A stretch of DNA of 56,719 nucleotides, filler included, from Sphacelaria rigidula (taxonomy: Eukaryota), in assembly GCA_964200075.2 (NCBI GenBank). It is 5 parts of 5 records of this genome, joined end to end, with 100 filler letters (N's around TTAATTAATTAA, not from the genome) between each part and the next. Parts side by side here need not be neighbours in the genome. Positions count along the whole stretch, not along the records: positions 45,458 to 56,719 come from CAXNAA020005149.1; 4 more parts are not named here. One strand, written 5' to 3'. A program made the translations under genes and the position numbers. This document shows positions 50,253 to 56,719 of this stretch, piece by piece; positions within the stretch are counted from its first letter, which is position 1; every line of letters starts with the position of its first letter. The notes beneath the pieces are model-generated. The model did not search any database. It saw nothing but the letters and a program-made list of their open reading frames with translations, and was not told the origin of the DNA.

Positions 50253-51864
50253 TGAAGCGACCTCTCCCAACGTCGCCTGCGAACTCTCCACGCCTTAGGG
50301 TTTTTTGTCCTTTGAGATGACCGTCCTTGCTCTTTTCCTTTTGCTCAGCGGTCTTGTGAGCGGGTGAGGTGAGCCGTTTACTTTTGTCCGGTTGGGACTT
50401 GAGAATGGTCCTGGCCAGAGCTGCCATTACCACTTCGGCAGGCGTGGGGTGGGCAGGTGGTTGTGCAGGGGATGCGTGCTCCGCTGCGTCGTAGTTATTG
50501 TTTTTGATGCTGGCCTTGCTCTTCGCCCTTGTTCTTCGCCATGGTGGTTGCTGCTGGCCAGGTTGTACATACACTACGGACAGGTCGCTGACATCGTGAT
50601 ACGTCCTCCTTCGCTGGCTTGAGGGGGGGGGGGGGGGCGTACTCATTTGTTTGTGGCTTGAGGAGGGGGAATAAGGCAGATCTGCGCCGCTTTCTGCTCT
50701 CAGCATGGCTTACGAGTGTTGTTAACGGGACTTGTTTCTCGAACTAAATTTTCCGATTTTTCTGGGGTGAAAAATATATCTGAAAAACTTGAGAGCAGAT
50801 TTCTTGACCAGGTGGAAAATAAAAATCAAGACTAACTAGAGATTACCCCGAAAATCCAGGGTCTGATATTTTCTTCAGACATTTCTTCATTTTGTGGAAA
50901 AGTCGAGAAAAAAAAAACGAACAAGCCGAAAAAGTGGAAAAAGACCGGAAAGAAGTCACGCTAATAATTGCGTCACTGGCATGGTACCTACCGACTCTCC
51001 GACACTGATAAGCACCACGGGGTAAACACTGGCCGGTTGCCCGTCCTTCGTCAGTGCTGTCGGTACTTTTTCCCAAAGGAGATTCTTTTCTGACTTGTCC
51101 ATAGATCTAGCGATGAAATGAAGGGGGAACGACACTAGATTTTCGGGCTAGTCTGAAAAAAAAAAAAAACATTTTTGGGAAAATCGGGGAAAAAATATAT
51201 ATTCAAAAGTTTGGGGGGTGAAAACGTTGAGGCCCATCATTATCGACACTGTTTTTTGGGAAATTATCAGAAACTCTCGGGACTGGCAAGGTACCTGATA
51301 ACTCTCGAATATTTGCGAGCGCCATGACGTATACACAGGGCAGCTCTCTGAAATGCTGCTTGGCAGTCCGAATTCTTGGCAATCCGAATGTTCAGACTTT
51401 TCCAAAAATGAAGCTTCGGAGAAAATATCACATCGCTCCGTTTTCGGACAAGTCTAAACGCAGAGTCTGATCATTCCGGACATATGAGAGACTCCCGCAG
51501 AAACAGCGTCAACAATGATGGGCCTAATAATGCCCATTCATCAACACGCCTCGAGAGGTTGTGAACAGTCACAATCATTCTCAAGAACGATCTGTTTCCC
51601 TCTATTTTCTTGTTTCGTCGAGACACGGCCTTATCGCCATCGTCATCGCTATCGCTGTATCGAACTGTCTCACGGTCCGGACGAATCAGAGTTCACACGG
51701 GCTGACTCCCCATGATTGTTGAATGCGAGTCATGTAGCAAAGAGTCATCCGGTATGAGGCACCGATGGTGAAGTTGTACGTTCAACGTCATACCGCACGA
51801 ATCACGAACTGGGGATGTACGAGCTGATCCAGCCTAGAAGCGGATTCGTAGTTTGCAGGCCCCA

Positions 51865-52120
51865 CCTCACCTCAGTTTTAAAAGTTGGACCTCAAAATTT
51901 GGTATGTAGAATGAAAAGGTCATGATTAAAAATAAAATCATCGGACACGAAGTTTTTTCCCAATTCACTGTACATACCAAAAACTACCTCAAGTAAAATG
52001 CCGTTAACTCACGAAAAACAAAACTTGTGTCCGATTATTTTTTCATCATGCCCTAGAGTATTATTTCTACATACTTCAAGTACCAAATTTCAAGGTCCAA
52101 CCCTCAAATTTGAGGTGAGG
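51865..52120. mobile_element. Foldback/MITE-like element with long imperfect inverted repeats
   Basis: CCTCACCTCAGTTTTAAAAGTTGGACCTCAAAATTTGGTA versus the reverse-complemented right end CCTCACCTCAAATTTGAGGGTTGGACCTTGAAATTTGGTA. The inner atcggacac..agtttt is also inverted. Confidence 0.7.
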
Positions 52121-53079
52121 CGAAGCCATTTAGAATCCAGGCCGGTGGAAATTCAGAACAGTATTTTGCAGGCCACTAACCTGCCCAGGTTTGGTACTTG
52201 CGTTTTGCAATGCTGTGTGGGACCTCGCGAGGGCAGATCAAGTGAAAAAAAAGTGGGACAGGGTATTTATTATCACTGGTTCACGACGTTCTAGTATAGT
52301 GAGAACCATTTCCTCACGAGAACGCCCTAACCTCTCCGAAAAAGAAATAATGGCCCATTTTTTTATTTTCAGTATGCCCTTGCGATTCTCCGTGCCAAGT
52401 TTCAAGTCACAATTCCAAGAATTGAGTTCAACAACTGAGATAAGGTCCAAGAACAATGTCCATTTTTTCTTGAAACTCGTTTAAGAAATGAAGGAAAAAA
52501 AAATGAATAAAACGAAAAAAGCTGAAGTTTTCTTCATTCATTATGGACTAGCGATTCCCCATGCGGAATTTTCAAGCACAACTGTCAGAGACGCGAAATC
52601 CAGATTTAGTGCATTTAGTGCCTCTGCTCGTAATATCTTGATTTTCATATAGAATATAATGTGCACCATATCTCGAGATAGATGACGGATTAGGTGAAGA
52701 TGAGGCAATCGATCGTTTCCCCATGCTCCAGGGAATGTTCACACAAAGAAATGTCATAATCCGCTGTATATATCGTTCGGGGATAGACCTTAGTATAGAC
52801 ATTATGTCCATACGGTAACAGGATTACTAGACATGGCATTTATTCAATCAACGATTAAAAAATGGCCGACCTCTTGAGCGGATGGGCACCCTCCTCTTGA
52901 TGAGACGATAAATATGACAAGCGGATTACGGCCCAACTCATCTGTTACGATGAAATATTGCTTTGAGAGCTTGAACCCATTTATAAGCTGCTGGACCAGT
53001 ACGTACACTTCAACTAGATTCACACGAAGCAAGAGCGCAAAATATGTACGAATCACAATTCATGTATGTAATACCAAGG

Positions 53080-53420
53080 GCGGGACACATGTGCACTTGA
53101 TTCATCTCGAATGAATCGAAAATGGGGTGCATGTACGTATGATTCATGCCGGGAATCGGGAAACATATACGCTTGATTTACCTCATATGAATGGAAGTTG
53201 GAGAACATGTGCGTCTGCTTCATGCTGCAGCAAGGGAATTCGAGAAACATAAATGCTTGATTATCCTCGTAGGAATAAAAGGTGAGGAACACATACCTGT
53301 GATTTATGCTCACGAATGCAGGGCGGGAACCATTCACACTAATCACGTGATCCATGCTGCATGAATCAAAGGGAAGAAATATAGCATGTACTGATAATTC
53401 ATGCCGGATGTATGGATGCA
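53080..53420. repeat. Degenerate ~42-bp tandem array, block 1
   Basis: Repeated ggaacat.tacgcttgatt.a...catgaatggaag units. Confidence 0.75.
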
Positions 53421-53610
53421 AGGTTTCGTACTGCTGTTGTCTGTTGTCCGCTGTACAGATTGGACGGTGCCACACTGTACCATGCTGTGCTGTTCTGTAC
53501 TGTCCGCTGACTGCAGTGGGCGCTGCCCGAGTGTTTCCGAAAACTCACGCGAACATGCGGGGACGACTTTTGCAGCGCTGGTGGTGTCTGAAGATGTCTT
53601 TGTACGGTTA

Positions 53611-54172
53611 TACCACTCTGTCCCATAATATAAGGTCGATATGGTGAAAAAACAGGAGATCTCCACTCCGAGGTCGAATTTTTGGATGTCGATTCGAGCC
53701 CCGTAACACCCACATTTTTTTCCCCGCATGCCTAACCTTTTCGTTTTTTCAAGTTCCCTCCTCTTGCCTCAAAGCCGAACGGGCTTTCTAGTTTTGGATA
53801 TCTCACTCGGTGTGCACCGATACCATCGCTGCAACAGAAAATAGGCATTCGCGTAGAAGTCCAGAGAGACGAGAAACAACAACAACAAAATTGGTGCAAA
53901 CAGAGTACTTCTTGGCCCCGTAAGAGCGTTTTGAAAGAAGCCATATTTCCTTACTGGAGAAATGTCTGCCGTCCCCGGATATCCCCGGGGGGGATAGATA
54001 CGAACCATCCCCGCGTTCCAGGTGGGACTTTGGCGTCAGGCCGCCTTATGATTGTTGCAAAATCATTGTCACGAAGGATGGCAGTTTCGAGCCATTCGCA
54101 ACACGCTCAACAGGAACCGGCCTTAGATTACGGGACCAGCGTATCGACCTTATATCATGGGACAGAGTGGTA
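53611..54172. mobile_element. Tc1/mariner-type (Stowaway-like) MITE, 562 bp, TA target-site duplication
   Basis: 31-bp TIRs TACCACTCTGTCCCATAATATAAGGTCGATA / TATCGACCTTATATCATGGGACAGAGTGGTA (1 mismatch), with TA on both flanks. Confidence 0.85.
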
Positions 54173-54747
54173 TATATCCAGGCCAGCTGTACACCGCAGA
54201 ACAAAACATGAAAAGCACAAAGGCTGTGAATAGCTTAGCTCGGGAAGTAGACAGCTGGAAGATTCACTCCAGGCGCGCAGATGCGTGCCGTGCTATGTTG
54301 CAACATACTGTCTACGGGCTTCCGCGTACGCTGCCGGAGTTTTCGAGAAAACTCCCGCTAGCATGAGGGGATGACTCGTGCTGGTGCTGTATTCCTAGCA
54401 AGTGTTCGTGGTACTGTAAGCAGCATATGTTGTTTTCAGGTCAACTGTAGCACAGAACCACACATGAAACCATAGAGGTTGTCCATAGCATAGCTCGGGA
54501 GAGAAAATGGCTCAAACCACCGCTCTGGGCACGCAAACGCGCGTATTGTACCATAGTGGATGTTTCGCGTTACGTGCGAGTACAATATGTGAAGATTAGT
54601 TTTTTGCGGATTTCACTCTCGAAGGGTTCGCGAACGGTACGCTCATTTCGCCTGCCTCAGCTGCAACAGAGATCTCACTACAGAAGAGTCGTGCTCCATG
54701 AAACGATAGGCGAAAACCATGTTTTCACTACTGATATCGTATGCGCA

Positions 54748-55145
54748 GAAGGTGGGGAACATGTACGTGTCATTCATACTGGATGAACGAAAAGTAGGAA
54801 ACGTATACACTTGATCGATCTCGTGTGAGTGAAAGGCAGGGAATATGTACGTATGATTCATGCCGCATGAATGGAAATTGGGACATATGTACGCTTGATT
54901 CACCTCGCATGAATGGAAGGTCGGGAACATATACACATGATTCATCCTGCATAGATGAAAGAGGCGAAGCATGTACCCATGATTCATTGCGTATGAATGG
55001 AAGGTGGGGAACGTGTGCTCATGATTCATGCGGCATGAATAGAAACTGGGGAACACGAACCTGTTTATACCACACGAATAGAAGGTGGGAAACCTGTATC
55101 TATGGATCATACCATACGAAAGAAGGGTAGGAAGCGCGTACCTTC
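54748..55145. repeat. Degenerate 42-bp tandem array, block 2 (about 9 units)
   Basis: Consensus TGAATGGAAGGTGGGGAACATGTACGCTTGATTCACCTCGCA. The - strand ORF 54643..55110 shows 14-aa periodicity (MNHxYMFPTFHSCx). Confidence 0.85.
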
Positions 55146-56719
55146 AACGGTGTATCGCACGAATAATGTGTTGGGTACGTATACACTCCAAGCTGTATCG
55201 TACGAATCACGGACCCAAAACTGTACGAAGAACAACTTGTGTACGAGTCGTATAATTGATTCGTCCACATGTTGAATATGAGTCGAATCACGATTTTATA
55301 TGTCCGAACCAGAACTATTCTCGATACGATACCGATACCGACTAGGGTTGTAAATCAACCATCAACCAAGGTATGAGTATTGATGAAAAGTTAATATTAT
55401 TGATCATAGCTAAATCAGTTTGTTGTTGATTGGCGATTATTTATCAAATAGGATTGATCAGTTGGTTAACTAATCATGACTAGTTTTCTTCATGATAGTA
55501 CAACAGGTGCGTAGTGTAACGCCATTTTTTGCCTGCGGCGCGAGGGAGCAAACCGTGGATCTACTCCGGACAGCGGTACACGGCTACAGAATACCCACAC
55601 AACACTGTTCACACACAGCAGTAGCGGCACACAATAGACCGCACGCTACACAGCACAGCAATAGAGCAGTACGCTCAGGGTTACACGTAAACCTACACCA
55701 CGAGTGGCGCGGTCAGTCGTGGTGCAGGTGCTGCACCCGCCGCCGGCAATGCCGCATCAGATTCTCCTCCCTCATTTGACAACAGTTCACTTGGAAGTGC
55801 AGCCGATCCTGCGTTGTCGGTGGCTCTGTTCATTTTTAATGTCAAGGGTAGGGTGTGTTCAAATACTGGCTGCACGGCACCGGATGGAGAAGAAATATAA
55901 GGTCCTGGCATGCACATCATGAAAGGTGTGGGTGCTGTGTCTCTGACGACGGATAATGTGTAGTGGGTTGGACTGTACCGCACCTATTTTTCCGTCGCAC
56001 CCGCAAGGTGACGTACTCTGCTGTGCATCAGCATATCCAATGATGAGGATACGTCAGCACCATACAAGGAGGCTGGTGCTATTGAGTGAGTATCTTACTA
56101 TTACATCACGAGTGGTGTCAACTGATGAGGCTGGAGCAACGCACAGAACAACGCCACTGGCGTTCGTGTGTGCAGTGACTTGATCTACCATGAAATATAG
56201 GCTCATTGAGGCTTATTTGCTGCTCGAACACTTTAAATTCGACTTAGTGGTCAACGAGGGAAAGGGACTGGCCCCCTCTCGCGACCGAAAAAAGATGAAG
56301 ACAAGCACCGCAAAAGGAAGGTGGAGTATTAGGGAAAAAAACTCCCGTATTGAATTTCCTCTTGTGTGACCCCAGCTGGTGCGCTCACATACACCGAAAG
56401 GTGTAGACCGGCGTCCAGAATAGATGGGACGACAACACACACACAACACAGTTTCAGAATAATCAACTTATGAAGATCAGGTAATACAATCAAGTGATTA
56501 ACTGCAATTGATCATAATCAAATGATCACGATAACTCAACTAGGTTTTGGACAAAAATTCAAATAATCAAATGATCAAGCAACGGCGGGTGAAAAAAATC
56601 CTGGACCCACACAATTTTTTTTTTCCATTTGGGGCCGATTGGGGGGGGGGGGGGGGGGGGCCGTGTGGGTTCCTTGGGGGGGGGGGGGGGGTCGGGTTAA
56701 AATCAAAATTCTATTATCT

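Noticed and set aside
50038-50706. 222-aa - strand ORF as a confident gene
   Set aside because: It has a plausible ATG and low-complexity content, but its 3' half runs through the hairpin and no phase-consistent downstream exon chain could be built.
35004-51500. GGGAGT (~35005) and ACTCCC (~51491) as TIRs of a giant MULE
   Set aside because: Similarity fades after 6 bp, no TSD was found, and an unverified contig join lies between them.
54748-55145. Periodic in-frame TGA as selenocysteine recoding
   Set aside because: Other frames are open, one unit has TAG at the equivalent position in one frame, and no SECIS could be identified. A periodic stop is expected in any tandem repeat.

Overview
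This is eukaryotic nuclear DNA of about 50% GC with GT-AG introns, poly-Gln tracts and dense transposon debris. It most resembles a brown alga or related stramenopile (inferred from intron and repeat style, not proven). The window is five contigs joined by 100-nt N/TTAATTAATTAA spacers, so adjacency across those joins is unverified. Main contents: (1) the 3' part of a phase-consistent 9-exon + strand gene (1-10082, about 1300 aa visible) containing seven ~53-aa H-x3-C-x-C-x-C-G-W-C-K repeats; (2) a decayed DIRS-like tyrosine-recombinase retroelement on the - strand (ORF1, RT, RNase H, methyltransferase-like, YR), whose YR gene is split by a young 3.4-kb LTR element with a perfect TACAG target-site duplication and no recognisable pol; (3) a decayed multi-exon - strand locus (~35.4-45.4 kb) that appears to fuse a MULE-type transposase and SWIM finger to one, probably two, ubiquitin-specific protease (C19) domains, just upstream of two intact exons of an unknown gene; (4) two long fold-back hairpins (48.8-49.1 kb and 49.95-50.25 kb), candidate miRNA/hpRNA precursors; (5) MITEs including a Stowaway-like one, LINE 3' ends, a high-copy unclassified repeat, a 42-bp degenerate array and possible viral-like pseudogene remnants. 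No rRNA, intact tRNA or CRISPR array was found. All domain calls are by-eye motif recognition, not database searches.
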